The translations under genes were made by a program, and so were the position numbers. 64,000 bases of DNA from Lytechinus pictus (Eukaryota). The notes under the pieces were generated by a model. The model was given only the letters and a program-made list of their open reading frames with translations. It searched no databases and had not been told where the DNA came from. Below, one piece after another: positions 38,826 through 52,475 of this stretch (position 1 is the first letter of the stretch; every line of letters starts with the position of its first letter). Where the stretch lies: contig NC_087251.1 of assembly GCF_037042905.1 (NCBI RefSeq), positions 19,158,001 through 19,222,000 of the forward strand, given 5' to 3'.

Positions 38826-39138
38826 CATGGGAGGAAATCCCAGGGGGGGGGACGTGTCCCCCTACCAAAAATAGTAAGGGGGACACAATATCAAATGTCC
38901 ACCCTACTATTTTTCTTCTTGAATAATGGAGAACAAATACATCATTCACAATCGAAATAATACATGTATTTAGGACTAAATGACCTTATATTTTTGAAAA
39001 CACTTTTTTTTCTTGTCAATTATTTTTGGGTTAAAAATTGACCCTATATTTTGGGCGATAACCTTTTTTTTTTATGCTTAATTGTCAAATTTTCCAGCCC
39101 TTGATCCCCCTACCTTTGGGGACAGATTTCCGCCCATG
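38826..39138. mobile_element. MITE nested in the foldback element
   Basis: CATGGGAGGAAATCCC ... GATTTCCGCCCATG termini, inside a GATGA(G)-rich tract. Confidence 0.7.
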
Positions 39139-39546
39139 GGGATGATGATAGGGACGAGGATGATGATAGGGATGAGGATGATGGGGAGGGATGGGGATGA
39201 TAAGGTGAAAAGCCGGCAGAGATAGATAGATTTAAGAAGAAAAATCCGTCCGACGAATGCCGTCATGTAGATTCCGTCCCACATGATAACCCAAAACTTC
39301 ACATATGGCTTGATTTTTGTTCTAAATCATGTTGTGATGAAAAATCATACTAGGCCCTACAAGTATTTGGGTTACATTGAAAGAAAATAAGGGTAATCTT
39401 TTTTTCCAATTATCAATAAATTAAATTCTTTATTCAATAAAAATGATGAATTTATGATTTTGAATTTCATTTCTTTTACATATTATGTGGTTTTTCTTTT
39501 TGATTAAATTTATTTTATTACTTTTTTTTTCATCACTGCATCATGA

Positions 39547-40482
39547 TTTTTGTCTCACCTGGATAGCAGAGTGAGACTATGTAGGCGCCGCTTTTCCGAC
39601 GGCAGCGTCAACATCAAATCTTAAAGGGATGGTCCGGGCTGAAAGTATTTATAGCTAAATAAATAGAGTAGTATGCACTGAGCAAAATGCCGAAAATTTC
39701 ATCAAAATCGGATAACAATTAACAAAGTTATTGAATTTTAAAGTTAAACAATATTTTGGGAAAACAGTCGTCATGAATATTCATTAGGTGGGCTGATGAT
39801 GTCACATCCCCACTTGTTCTTTTGTATTTTATTATATGAAATTAATTCAAATGTTTTCCTCCAAGAACTAGAAAAATTGGATTGACAACTGATTTAGTGC
39901 ATTAGATATTTATTGCTGCAACTTATTTCATTATAAGGGAGACATATTATTCTCACAAGTATGAAATAATGAAAAAAAAAATGATTTATGTAATAACATA
40001 AGAAAACGGAAAGTGGGGATGTGACATCATCAGCCCACCTTATGAATATTCATTACGACTGTTTTTACAAAATATTGCTAAACTTTAAACTTCAATAACT
40101 TTATTATTTTTTAACCGATTTTGATGAAATTTTCGGCATTTTGCTCAGTGAATTCTACTCTATGTATTAAGATATAAGTATTTTCAGCCCGGACCATCCC
40201 TTTAACCGAAGGTTGTAAGTTTCTGAAATGACAGCATAACTTAGAAAGTATTTGGACATAGTTCATGAAACTTGGACAATCAAGTATCACTGAACATCCT
40301 GCAGCAAGTTTCAGGTCACATGATTAAGGTCAATGAACTTCGGCCATATGGGGGTATTTGTTGAATAACTAATTTTGAATAACTATCTTATAGTAGTTTT
40401 CAAAGTCAGCACTGCTCCCGGGCACTGCTGCTATATTGAATCGTGTAATGCAGGTGAGACTGCCAGAGACGTTCCACTTGTT
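39547..40482 (+). mobile_element. Helentron-associated (DINE-1-like) element nested in the foldback element
   Basis: TTTTTGTCTCACCTG head with nearby inverted GTGAGAC; distal sub-terminal CAGGTGAGAC followed by a short tail ending CTTGTT. Confidence 0.6.
39621..40205. mobile_element. Young TTAA-flanked palindromic MITE (Kolobok/T2-like)
   Basis: TTAA-AGGGATGGTCCGGGCTGAAA ... TTTCAGCCCGGACCATCCCT-TTAA, perfect ends; arms complementary for ~190 bp. Confidence 0.9.
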
Positions 40483-40571
40483 GTATGTACAGGGCTCTCT
40501 TTTAACTCAGTTTTTTTTTTTATTGAAGAGACCACTTTTTCTCTAGAAAACAGAAATAATAAATAAATCAT

Positions 40572-40902
40572 TTAAAGGGATGCTGCGGGATTAAAATATT
40601 TATATATTAATAGATATAGTAACATCACATATTAAAGTGCTTATTTCATAAAAATCTGATAACAAATAGGGGGGTTATTGAATTGAACGTTTAAAAATTA
40701 ATCAATCTAATTTCATATAATAGAATATAAAGAAAAGTGAGGATATGACATCATGAGCTTGCTTATTGAATATCCATGAAGACACGCCAGACCTGTATCA
40801 CCAGAATAATGCAAATCATTCTTTAAAATGCAGCGATAATTTTGTTATTCCTTATCTGATTTTGATCAAATCATATCATTTTCAGCCTGGAGTACCCCAT
40901 TA
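40572..40902. mobile_element. Decayed copy of the 4488-type TTAA MITE
   Basis: TTAAAGGGATGCTGC... / TTCAGCCTGGAGTACCCC; internal similarity to 4488-4923. Confidence 0.65.
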
Positions 40903-41847
40903 TCACTTATATATATAACTCATTAATATTGCCACAATTCGGTCCAGTTGTTCAAATTATCTAGTAAATACAATATATTTTATTATTACAGAAGCTTGTC
41001 ATTTGAGTCATTGAGAAGGTGATCATAGAGCTAATGCTTGTGTCAACAATTTATCAACTACGTGACCTGCAACTTGCATAATTTATGTAAATATATACCA
41101 AAAGTCAACATTTTTTTAACTGGTACACCTTAAATGATTACATCCATAATTATGATACCAGGAACTAGAAAATGTAGATTGGAAAACAACACTAGGGCAA
41201 CTTAGTGTTAGATACAGATTTCAGTTTTCTAGAATGGGTGATATTCTATTCAAAGAAAAACAAAAACAACATCACTCCAAAGGAACTGGACAAATTATTT
41301 GATAAAAACAAAACCCTCTTCATAGTTGCTCTTTGCAATATCGTATTGACCACCCTTCTCCTGTTTTTAAAACCCAGACAAGCATGATTTGTTGCTACCC
41401 CCCCCCTTCCATGTACCTGGCATTTCTTTGTATTTTACCTCGTTTTCTTTGTTTTTTCTATTGATCGATGTATCAGTGTTTAGTATTGTCTTTTTTTATA
41501 CCAGTAATAGAATATAAATTTAATTGAAATGAGAGTGATGAACATAATGAGAAAGGGAGACAATGATAAGATAAGAATGGAAATAAAATATTACAATTTA
41601 CAGAATATAACATATACATGTATATTTCTATTTATTCAAAGTTCACAATTCATTTTTATTCAGGTTTACATTTAAAATTTAAACAAGTTAATTAAGTGAT
41701 TAAGTGATGCATTTTGGAACAATACTAAATTAAATACATTTTATATTGAATAAACAATAATTGGTAAAAATACAAAACACAAAACTTCTAACTCTATTCT
41801 TTCCTCCTGTAAAAAATTACAAACTAAATGAAATGGACATTAGTTCC

Positions 41848-42032
41848 AGTGGCAAATCGGGGAGGGGGGGGGGCACATTCCGCCCCCCCCCCCCTTGAGA
41901 GGTACTCAAAAGGCAACTGCTTGTCAAATTTTTCCTGGGAAAAAATTATGATTTGGTAGTGAAGACCTTTTGTCAAAAAATTCCTAAACAAAATGCCCTC
42001 CGGCCCTGTAGGGAAATTTTGGATCCGCCCTT
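41848..42032. mobile_element. Short poly-G/poly-C MITE (related copy ~48072-48280)
   Basis: CAGTGGCAAATCGGGG ... GGATCCGCCCTTG; shares GCTTGTCAAATTTT core with 48072-48280 and 38826-39138. Confidence 0.55.
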
Positions 42033-44529
42033 GATTATATTTCAGATGGGAATAAGACCGAGTGGCCCTAAAACTTGATTGAAAAAAATATTCACAACTG
42101 CAGGGCAAGGCTTCAGTCTCCAAGCTCACGACTGTGCAAGTACATCCACTTCCATTGGCAATTCCGGCTGAATTCCACCCTGGCAGCCTGACATCCACCC
42201 TTACCAAGAAATAAAATTAAAGAAAGTAAATCAGGGAAAAACAAGGAATGGCACAATGAATTACATCAATTTATTTTAAATCCTGTAAAAAATAAAAATA
42301 AGTAATAATTAATTTAATTAAAAATTAAGCCCCCAAATAAAACATTTTTTTACTGATGGCTACCCTCATCCCGGCATGCCCACACAGCTACACCCCAAAT
42401 ATTTTTTTCACATTTCAGGGGCAGGAGTGAAATCGCCCCGAGCCCCCACCCACGTTAAAGTATATTTTGTGCGACTCAAACATCCATACCACAGTCACAC
42501 TCAGAGTCAAAGAAATTGAAGCATATTAATTATTGCAACTTAAACTCAATATTAAAAAAATATATATATATATAAAGGCCTAAAAGTAATCAATTTGATT
42601 AAAAATTAAGCCCCCCCAAATGAACATTTTTTATTGATGGCTACCCTCATCCCGGCATGCCCACACAGCTACACCACGAATATTTTTTCACATTTCGGGG
42701 GCAGGAGTGAAATCGCCCCGAGCCCCCACCCACGTTAAAGTATATTTTGTGCGACTCAAACATCCATACCACAGTCACACTCAGAGTCAAAGAAATTGAA
42801 GCATATTAATTATTGCAACTTAAACTCAATATAAAAAAACAAAAATTAAATTTAAAAAAATATATAAAGGCCTAAAAGTAATCAATTTGATTAAAAAATT
42901 AAGCCCCCAAAATAATTTTTTTTATTGATGGCTACCCTCAGCCCGGCATGCCAACACATTTACAACGCGAATATTTTTTCACATTTCGGGGGCAGGAGTG
43001 AAATCGCCCTGAGCCCCCACCCACGTAAAAGTATTTTTTGTGCGACTCAAACATCCACACCACAGTCATACTCAGTCAAAGAAATTAAAGCATATTAAAT
43101 TATTACAATCTTAAAGCTCTACACCAGGGAAAATCAATATAGAAAAAATATATATACATATTTACAAAAAAAAAAGGCAGAGCCTATACGACACTGCCAA
43201 GCTTCAAGCTGTAGTTCACTCTCTCACTCAGTCAAGCTCAGCTCTTTGACAGTGCACGCCCACTTCCATTGGGGATTCGGGCTGAATCCCACCCCGCCAG
43301 TTTAGGCGGCCGAGCTACGTAGAATTGCGATGAAGAGCAGCGGACCGTTCATCGGTTGTTCGCTTCTTACGACCAGAGAGAAAAGGTGAAAAACTTTAAG
43401 AAAATCGTGCAAATACTCCAAATTTTATCCTTTTGATGAGAAAATGGAGTTAATGGAATACAAGAAAGTCCATCTTCTGCGATAAAAGTGGTAACTTGAG
43501 GAGAAATGATCACAAAATCAAGTCAGTTGTTGAGCGGGGCCGAGCCGAGCACCTACACAGTTAATACACGCGCGCCTATGGGAATCGCGAGCTGTCGAAA
43601 AACGCCTAAAATTACACTTTTTTATTTATTTCAGCGAAAAAAAAGTAATAGAAAGTGAAGAACATTACCATCAGACCATATCTCTAAAAAAGATTTACAA
43701 GAAATTTCGAAATGACAGGAAAATAGACGCAAATTTGTGGGAAAAAAATCACGAAACGGGTGAGACAACTCGGCCCGCGGTCCGAGTTGTCCCGTGGTCC
43801 GAGTTGTCCCTGATTCTAGTCCTCGGAACCCCCACATCACGCAGACTCAAACTGAACTTAACTAGTTTACGGCATGCGGTAGGCCTAACTCACTCACACA
43901 ACACACGAATGTTAATTGGTGGGCTTTAACATTAAGTTTCTTCAAAACAAAATCAGTTCATTCGCTCTTCACAAAGTACCATAAGATCACACAAAGTCAC
44001 ATCACTAGTCTCGACACACGATATTATATTCAAATTCAAATGATCACCGAAATAACAAATAAATCAAATAAATTCGGTTGTTTACCTTGGCTTTCCGATC
44101 CTCCAAAATCTCCGCTACCGTTAGTCTGGAATCAGAAATGTATTACATTAATTTTAGACGAAATGTAAAATATCGTCATATTTTATCTCTAAAATGCCTA
44201 ATTAAAGTATCATGTTGATGATTTGACAAAAATAAATTTCTAATTACACTTAAGGGTCGTGAAATTTGCATCTAAATTTTATACAATGGTTTGGGAAAAT
44301 CACTAAATAATGGCACAAGACTAGTTTCGGTAACCGATTTGGGGCTGGTTTCTCAAAATCATCGTAAGTGATCTAATTGAACTGTTCTTACAAAACATAT
44401 GTAGTGATGACTCCCTTCCTTCAGGATGTTGATGAACATGGACCTATAATTGTTTTGTGAAACAGCGCTAGTTACGAGGTTGTTATTTCGAAACATTTGA
44501 TTTTGAATTGTCATTCGTATTTTAAGATC

Positions 44530-45582
44530 ATGGCGACCAACGTGGAAGAAACCGACTCGGCACTAAGAGACAACCATCAAACCAATTCAGTCAACATAAA
44601 TGGCAAAGAAATCAAGAAAGATAAGATTCCTGCAGGACTTCTTCGGCGACACGATGAAAGGTTAGCCAAAGTTGAGAAAATGAAAGAACAGCGTGAAAAC
44701 GAAAAGGTGGTGCAAGAGAGTGCCGAATATTTTGCAAAGACGTTCAATGCAGAGAGGTCGAGTATTGAAGAGCGGTTGGCGACTGCAAATAATGTTGGAA
44801 AACCTAAACTGCGAGATTTCTTTGATGACATTACAGAGGCAGCTGAGAAATTACTGAAGTATATGACTGACATGACCCAGTTCTTGCCCCCATATGATAT
44901 TCAAAGTGCCCAACAAAACTTAGCAAAGTTGTTCGAGAGCATCAACGAAAGGCGAGATGAGTTGTTGCCAAAGAAGAAGTTCGCTTTCAAAGTAAGGAAG
45001 AGAGGAGATGGACAGGCATCCAAGCAACAGAAGATTGGTCTGGATGATGTAGATGCTTCTAAATCATCTCCAATCATCACAGTAAACGCCGCTGGATTTT
45101 CAAATCGGACATCTGAGTCGTTATCATTGCCTGCGGAAGAGATTCATCAAAAAGATGTCAGTCTCAGTAACCTTTCGTCATGCACAATCAAACTACCTGG
45201 ATCTCCAAGTGCGCTTCACATCAGCAACCTCTCTGACTGCAAAGTCTTCTGTGGACCGATTCCTGGGTCAGTGTTTGCTGATAAGTGCATCGATAGCACC
45301 CTTATCCTTGCATGTCAACAGCTGAGGGTCCACAATTCCAGAGATACCAAGTTCTACCTTCATGTGACGAGTAGAGCCATCATCGAGGATACAACCAGCG
45401 TTCTCTATGCTCCATACAACTGGGCCTATGAAACCTTGGAGAAGGATTATGAGGAGAGTGGTCTTGACAAGAGCAAGAACTCTTGGAATGATGTGGATGA
45501 TTTCAACTGGTTGGCTCATGACAAGCACTCACCGAACTGGGGACTGATACCTGATGAGGAAAGAGTTCAAGAATGGGACTAA
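44530..45582 (+). CDS. TBCC: Tubulin-specific chaperone C (tubulin-folding cofactor C), 350 aa, intronless
   Basis: Uninterrupted ORF from ATG 44530; N-terminal helical domain (FLPPYD...LLPKKKFAF) and C-terminal CARP/TBCC domain (GPIPGSVF...ACQQLRVH...LHVTSRAIIED...APYNW...W.DVDDFNWL...SPNW). Confidence 0.97.
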   Translation: MATNVEETDSALRDNHQTNSVNINGKEIKKDKIPAGLLRRHDERLAKVEKMKEQRENEKVVQESAEYFAKTFNAERSSIEERLATANNVGKPKLRDFFDDITEAAEKLLKYMTDMTQFLPPYDIQSAQQNLAKLFESINERRDELLPKKKFAFKVRKRGDGQASKQQKIGLDDVDASKSSPIITVNAAGFSNRTSESLSLPAEEIHQKDVSLSNLSSCTIKLPGSPSALHISNLSDCKVFCGPIPGSVFADKCIDSTLILACQQLRVHNSRDTKFYLHVTSRAIIEDTTSVLYAPYNWAYETLEKDYEESGLDKSKNSWNDVDDFNWLAHDKHSPNWGLIPDEERVQEWD

Positions 45583-46214
45583 GATTTCAGTTTTAAATTT
45601 AGGTGCAGATGTGATCAATATGATATATTATATGGATGGTAATTTGCAATAAGGTGATCAAAATGTTTCCAAATATTTCTTATTTCAAATTATAACCTTC
45701 AATCTCTTTACTCATGACAAATTATTCAAAATGTCACTCCAAATGAAATGAATTCATGTTTTTGTGTTAAATGTAATTAATTTGTAAAGATACTAAATAT
45801 AAATCATAATTTTATATAGAGTCTATATTTACATGTAATTTGTATTTGTTTTGCAGAGTTTTAATACATTTCAACTGGCAATCAACATTATACCCTTATG
45901 CTGTTTGACATATAACTTAAACTTGGCATAGTTGCAGAATACCCTACAATTTTCTGACGAAGCTATATATTTTCATGTACATATGCCATTACCACATTCT
46001 TGAAGTACAGTATGTCAACTCTATTCTTGGCTCAATCTGTTTAAAGTTAAGACATTGGCTGTGATAAAGTTCTACTTAGAGTACATTAATTGTTCTTATA
46101 ATAATTTTATATACATGAACATGTAGGCTTATATATGTTTAAAGATTACAGTGACTTTGCACCATGTGATTCTTTAATAAATGGTAAAGTACACATCAGA
46201 AAGATGTACACTTG

Positions 46215-46727
46215 TAGACAAGCATAACACTTCAAATTTCTTCAAAATTAGATTTTAATTTTAAGTTATGACATTTTTAAATGTTGCTTATGCACATAGT
46301 CAGTGATATTCGAAAGAGAGAGTTGATGATCTCCCTCACTCGCTATTTTATAGTTTATTGTTTGAATTATACAATATATCAATTTTTACAGATTTGACAA
46401 TGAGAACCAACTTGACTGAACCACAAAATGTAAAACAATGGTAATTCCTCATGTTAGGGAGGAATAAATCTTTTGTTCACATGACAATGAGAAGAAGATT
46501 AAGTCGACTATTTCATGTTAAAATATAAAAGAAATAGTGAGTGGGTGATGTCATCAGTCCTCTCATTTGCATACCGACCAGGATGTGATAACTGTTTTGT
46601 GAAATTAAGCAAAATGTCATAGCTTTCTTGTTTTACATCTGATTTTGATGAAATTTTCAGTGTTAAGCATGTTCGATTTTTGTTTTTTTATTCAAATCAA
46701 CTGTTTGTTGGGTTGGACTTGCCCTTA
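46215..46727. mobile_element. TTAA-type MITE, one end decayed
   Basis: Ends GTTGGGTTGGACTTGCCC-TTAA; shares CTGATTTTGATGAAATTTTC and GATGTCATCAG motifs with the other TTAA MITEs. Confidence 0.55.
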
Positions 46728-48307
46728 AATGTATGTGCATGTACAATACATACAAAATGTACTACAAAGATATGCAATATCTTACATGACTGGCTTACAT
46801 ACATGTAGGTGGAGTGTACATTTTCCACTCTTTTTACATTTCTACAAGTATTGTTTTGTGACATATAATCCAGAACGGCCAATAGTAAGTAATGATTGGC
46901 TTAAAATGAATTTCAAATTTTCAAAACACAATTCCATGACAAGAATGTCAACTTACCTTAGGTGATGATGATATTGACCTACATAATTAGTTTATGTTGA
47001 ACAATGAGCAGGATTTTAAAATCTGTAGAAGGTACTAGGAGTGATTAATGAATACAGTAGATACGGTTGTGAAGTCCACAATTATAGCCCAGAATGTGAC
47101 TAAATAAATACAAATCCTTTCCCCTACAGGTGCATGTACAATTGCAATGAGAATGTTTCCTAACACAAAACTAATGCACATGTTCTCCAAAATTTATTTA
47201 ATTCATTCCTTTGTTTTTACATTCATTCTTCCATGAAGGTCCCATGTACAGGTACATGTTCGTAAGTATCCTCTGCAGAGGTATACATGTATGTGGCTTT
47301 CCATGTTATAGATGGACTTCTGTAGTGAAAGTGGGTAGATTTGTTTATATTCAGATTTTATTAACTCACTCAGATGGAAATTGTACAGTAGTTCAATGAT
47401 ATAAAACATACCACACACCAAGATAAATGATCTTACCTGTAATTAGCTACATGTGTTTTTGTAGATTTCTTGTTCTCACGAGCCATTCAAAATTGAATTT
47501 AAGACATTTGCTTTTAATATGCCATTTTTGAAGAAGAAAAAAATGCTATAAAATCGCTTCATGATTTTTTTTTCCAATCCTTGTCTGCGTCAAGTTTTTA
47601 ATACTGATTGAGTAGTATTTTTATCCAGTACTGAGAAATTTGTTTTACAATGCAATGTACATTTAGTAGGCCTATTAGCTTCTAGCTACTATCTGAAAAA
47701 AAAAAAAATCAAAATTTTTATTTAGTGTCAGTGTTCAAGGCGAAGGAATGATGTTGCCCCAATTGCTCATACCATGGTACTTATAATTACATTCAAGTTT
47801 GCACTGGAAAAGAGGATGCAATTTTCTGTTAATAATTTAATGTTGGACAAGTATTGATTAAATTACAAAAAAGCTCCAAAACATTGATTTATTTTTCATT
47901 TTGGTTTGTTGGATTTCTTATTTGTAATGCAGAGTTGGAATCAAGAGAAAAGTAGAGGGAAAGAAACAGATGCTGAGATATGGGGGGGGGGGGGGTAGTA
48001 AGGCATGGTGCCCTAGGTCTCTGCAGTGCCCCTTGTCTGATCAGGGGATAATGATGGTGATGATGATGATCACTGGCAGATCCAGGGGGGTAGGGGAAAA
48101 GCCGGCCCGTGCCCCTCCTTTTTGAGAGGCACATTTAACATTTGTAATGTAAAAATGCCGTTAAAACAGAAGTGTGCCCTCTCCCCCTTTTGAAAGTGAA
48201 GACTTTTTTTTTTGCTTGTCAAATTTTTCCTCGGGGAAAATGCCCCCCCCCCCCTTTGGGAAATCCTTGATCAGCCCCTGATGATGATGTGTTTTCTTGC
48301 GCTTCCT

Positions 48308-48470
48308 GGGGGCCGTTTCATAAAGCTGGTCGTAAGTTAAAAGCGACTTTTTGAACAACTGGTGATCCTTTCTTACCCGCTAAACCATTGCCAATGAATC
48401 TACCTTTACCACAAGAACGGATCACCAATCATTCTTAAAGTCGCTCCAAACAACTTTAAGAAACACCCAC
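48308..48470. mobile_element. Short Harbinger-like MITE
   Basis: GGGGGCCGTTTCATAAAG ... CTTTAAGAAACACCCACC imperfect TIRs. Confidence 0.6.
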
Positions 48471-48989
48471 CAGAAGTGGATCCTAATATACAATTCGTTT
48501 TTCTTTCAGTGACAATTTTCATATAGCCCCCATTTTCATCTCCTATAACAGGCCCTGCTCATGACCATTTTTATAATTTCTCTTCAGATCGTGTCCCGTT
48601 TATTTTTCGTTAACAAAAGTACCCTTAAATCACTTGCTAGACTGCATATTGCCCCGTATTTCTCCTACGAAAATGCCCATTTAACCTTGGACAAAAGTTT
48701 ACTCAATCACTGTAGACTTTCCAAATATGTCTTCATGTACCGCCCTCTATCTCTTTAGGTCATGCAGTTTCTTGCGGGCAAAGACCGGTGGCAAATATGT
48801 TTCTCTTATTTCAGTTAAACATTATTTCTCTTATATAAGCTTTAAGCTGGATAAGAGTGACGAAGCGTCCTTCAAAATGAAACATGAAAAAAAGTATACC
48901 ACCTTGAAACTATATGATACCACTGTGTTTTAAAATTGTATTTTTTAATATATGTTTTCTTTTATTAACGCATTCATATTTCTGCTTCA

Positions 48990-51050
48990 GATATTAACTT
49001 TTGTCTCATTTCTGATCTTAGACAAATACGTGAGAACGCATAAGATGGATGACAAGTGTAATATATATTTGTGTTTTGTCGACCTGCGAAAAGCATTCGA
49101 AAGTATATGGAGGAATGGTCTGTCTTATAAAATGCTGAAATATGGTATAGGAGGAATTTTTATGAGATTGTAACTAATATGTATAAAAAACTAAAGTTGA
49201 GTGTAAAGCTGAATGAAGGGATTACTGAGAGTTTTGGAAGCAATATTATTGTGGTGTAAAACAAGGGTGTACATTAAGTCCCACCCTTTTCAACCTCTAT
49301 CTAAATGACTTGCCTCATGAGTTAGGAATTACTGACACTGATCCAGTTGAGTTGAATGGAAAGTTAGTCAACTGTTTAATGTATGCAGATGACATTGTAT
49401 TGGTATCAAAATCAAGGTGTGGAATGCAAACATTGTTAGATAGACTTTGTATTTACTGTGATAAATGGCTATTGAATGTTAATACTGACAAAACAAAAAT
49501 GATGATTTGTAACAAGAATGGAAAAAATTTGAAAGATCAGGCTTTCGAGGTAAACGGTCAGAACATTGAAGTTGTTAAACATGCAACATATTTAGGTTTG
49601 GTTTTCAATAACTGCGGTTCATTCAAAGATACAAGAGTTAATCTGGCAGATAAAGCCAATAGAGTATTATTCAAATTATTTCAATCCTTTGGTTACAATC
49701 TTCCAAATATAAAAACCGCATCACGAATATTTGACTCTTTAATAAAGCCAATACTCTTATATGGTTGGGAGGTATGGGGCGCTTTTACCGCCAACTTTAA
49801 AAAGTTAGCGGAGCTTGCAAATGGTAATTCAAAGTTGTATTTGAGATATGAAATTCAGTGTGTCCAGTTTCAATGGTTGAGAAATGCCTTAGGAATTAAC
49901 AAAAGGAGCAGCAACTTAGCAATACTTGCAGAAGTTGGAATGTATCCATTGATAACACAAATTAGCGGAAACTTGGGAAAATATTATGCTCGAATAAGAA
50001 GTATAGATGAAGATTCTTTGCTACATCACTCCTTTGAAGAAAACAAAAAGATAATTGAGAATAATTGCGAATGCTGGCTAGGAAATCTGCAACACCTTCT
50101 TAAGGGATTTATCATAATATATTTGGATGTGAATAAGAACTGTTTAGAGCTAAGTGAGATAGTCGATAGTGATAGAGTAGTAGAAGAAGAAATAAAACAC
50201 AAAGTTGAAGATATTTTCAATCGCCAGTTCTTATTGGATTTACGTAATGATCGAGCAAATGATGTTGAACAAAATAAATTGAGAACTTATAAACTTTTTA
50301 AACATAATATACAAACAGAGAAATATATATTAACTGTTCAAAATCAGAAAATACGGAAAAACATCTGTCGATTCAGAATAAGTTCCCATAATTTACCCAT
50401 TGAACCTGGAAGACATAGACGTCCAGATAAAATACCCTCACATTCGAGAACGTGCTATGCAATAATTGTAATTCAGGAAGGGTTGGGGATGAGTATCACA
50501 CGAAAATAAAATGTAATGTACACACAACTGAAAGGGTGGTGTTTTTTGACAAAATAGCTGAAATATATAAACAGTTTAAGAACCTTAGCGATAAAGACAA
50601 ATTTATATTCATAATGAAACTTGATAATGAAAACATAATTGATAATTTTTGTAAGTTCTTCAAAGCGATTATAAAATAATAAGAGGGGTGAGTTTTAACA
50701 TCAAGTTCATGTTTCTTTTTAAATTGCATTCAAGCTATCTAAAAGCCACCAAAGCCACCATTACCAAAGATATATCTCTAACGTTATACATTTATTTACT
50801 TCCTGATTTGTATTCGATAATTAGATAACTTATGTATATTGCATTATGCTACACCTTCTTTATGTTAAATTTAAATTCGTCATTTCTCTTTGTATACAGA
50901 TATGTCTTTATAATAATTGGAAATCTATGTATTGATGTATTACTGATTTATACGACATACAGTTATGAATGTTTTTGTTTATGTTTTCATTGTATATATT
51001 TTAAAACAAATATTCATGCCATATGAATGAAGTTTGTTAATAAATTCAAA
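48990..51050 (+). mobile_element. 5'-truncated non-LTR retrotransposon (RT plus C-terminal Cys/His region; RTE-X-like), frameshifted
   Basis: CFVDLRKAFESIW, GVKQGCTLSPTLFNLYLND, CLMYADDIVL, YLGL, KLRTY, FRISSHNLPIE.GRH, CNNC...DEYH....C; several frameshifts; AATAAA near 51039. Confidence 0.92.
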
Positions 51051-52475
51051 CATGTAGGACCCAAATGAAGAGCATGTATCTCAAATAAATATGTCCTATC
51101 AATTTAGCCAAATTAACAAGGCAACTTTTGAAAACTTGGAGAGTACAGAGTGGAAGGTCATGAGAAAGTGGACATTGTAAAAAAGGGAGATATTTTATGA
51201 GAGAAAAGTGAAACGGACATTATCAGAAAATTAAATGAAAGTGTAAATCCCGGGGCGGGGGGATTAAGGGATATAATATTGCCTAACTTTCCGGAGGGGG
51301 GTGGCATGTGCAATCATCCCTCCCCCACTTTTTAAAACAAAATATTAATAGTAGCCTACTGTTAATGCCTGAATTCATCTTTAAATGGAGTCAAAGTTCT
51401 TAAATTGGCCTGATTTTGCATTCTAAAAAGAAAATTCTCGCGCGGTCAATCAATGCTTACAAGAAATTGGCCATGACAAATCCTTCTACGTTTAGCTTAT
51501 TGTATATCCGCTGCATCATGCGAAGTATAAGTCCATTTATTTTTTTAAATATTGTTATAACGTTGATCATAAACCAATAAAAAAATGGAAAGTACACTGG
51601 GGTGAATGTTGGAGGCGGGGTTCATATCCTACCATCTTTGTGGAAGCGGGAGATAATTTATACAAAAATATAGGCCTAAACCCTATACTTCAAGTAAAGT
51701 GAATGATGAAAAAAGAAAGGCATGTTAGGATAGCGATATTTCCCACATAAGTTATCTTTACAGTTTTATCAATTTTTACAGAATACTTTAAATCACGCTG
51801 ATTAACACAACAATCTAATAAATATTACAAATATGATTCATTCACAAAATTTGAAAAATAATCTTATAGATTATTAAAATAATTCCTTTCTGCAATGTTT
51901 ACCATTTCATTATTCTGCATCATTGTGCTATTTCCATGATTTTGGAAGTTTATTATTGTGGCCTATGATCAGATAATGGCCTAGATAAGGCTTATTAATC
52001 ACCATTTATTTTTATTCTCATCTCACCTATAACCATTCAGCTAAAGAATTTTCACTGAACAAATATGAATTGCTCAATCCTTAATGGCTCTTTATATTTC
52101 TTTTTCCTGTTCTAAAATAAACGTTATTAATGATTTGCACTTATTATCCTATGTAATTATAATAATATGCATAGTATTTCAAACGACTGAAACAACCTTT
52201 ACAAGGATCGTTCACTACGCTTACTCGCTGCCTTTCTCCAATAATTGCACACCCCTTGAAAGACGATTTTGGTCATCATTCTGTCTTTCAACTATTCAAA
52301 TATTGCTCGATCGCCTTTAGATATAAGCTTTGATTAGTATAAGTATTTTATATTTTATTACAAAACCATTACCATATATAGCCATTAAAAAATCTTGATA
52401 GTCCTCTATATAGTTATCATTACCATAAGGGATAGATTGTAATATTCTGTACACGTTTATGAGTAATATTATTCT

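Larger units (their letters stand above)
37402..43816. mobile_element. 6.4-kb non-autonomous foldback/Mutator-like DNA transposon
   Basis: Arms 37402-~38700 and ~42310-43816 are near-identical reverse complements; TAGTCCTCG duplicated at 37393-37401 and 43817-43825; ~300-bp tandem units inside the arms; no transposase ORF found. Confidence 0.92.

Noticed and set aside
44497-44529. N-terminal extension of the TBCC ORF
   Set aside because: Starts at TTG; the first ATG, in good context, is 44530.
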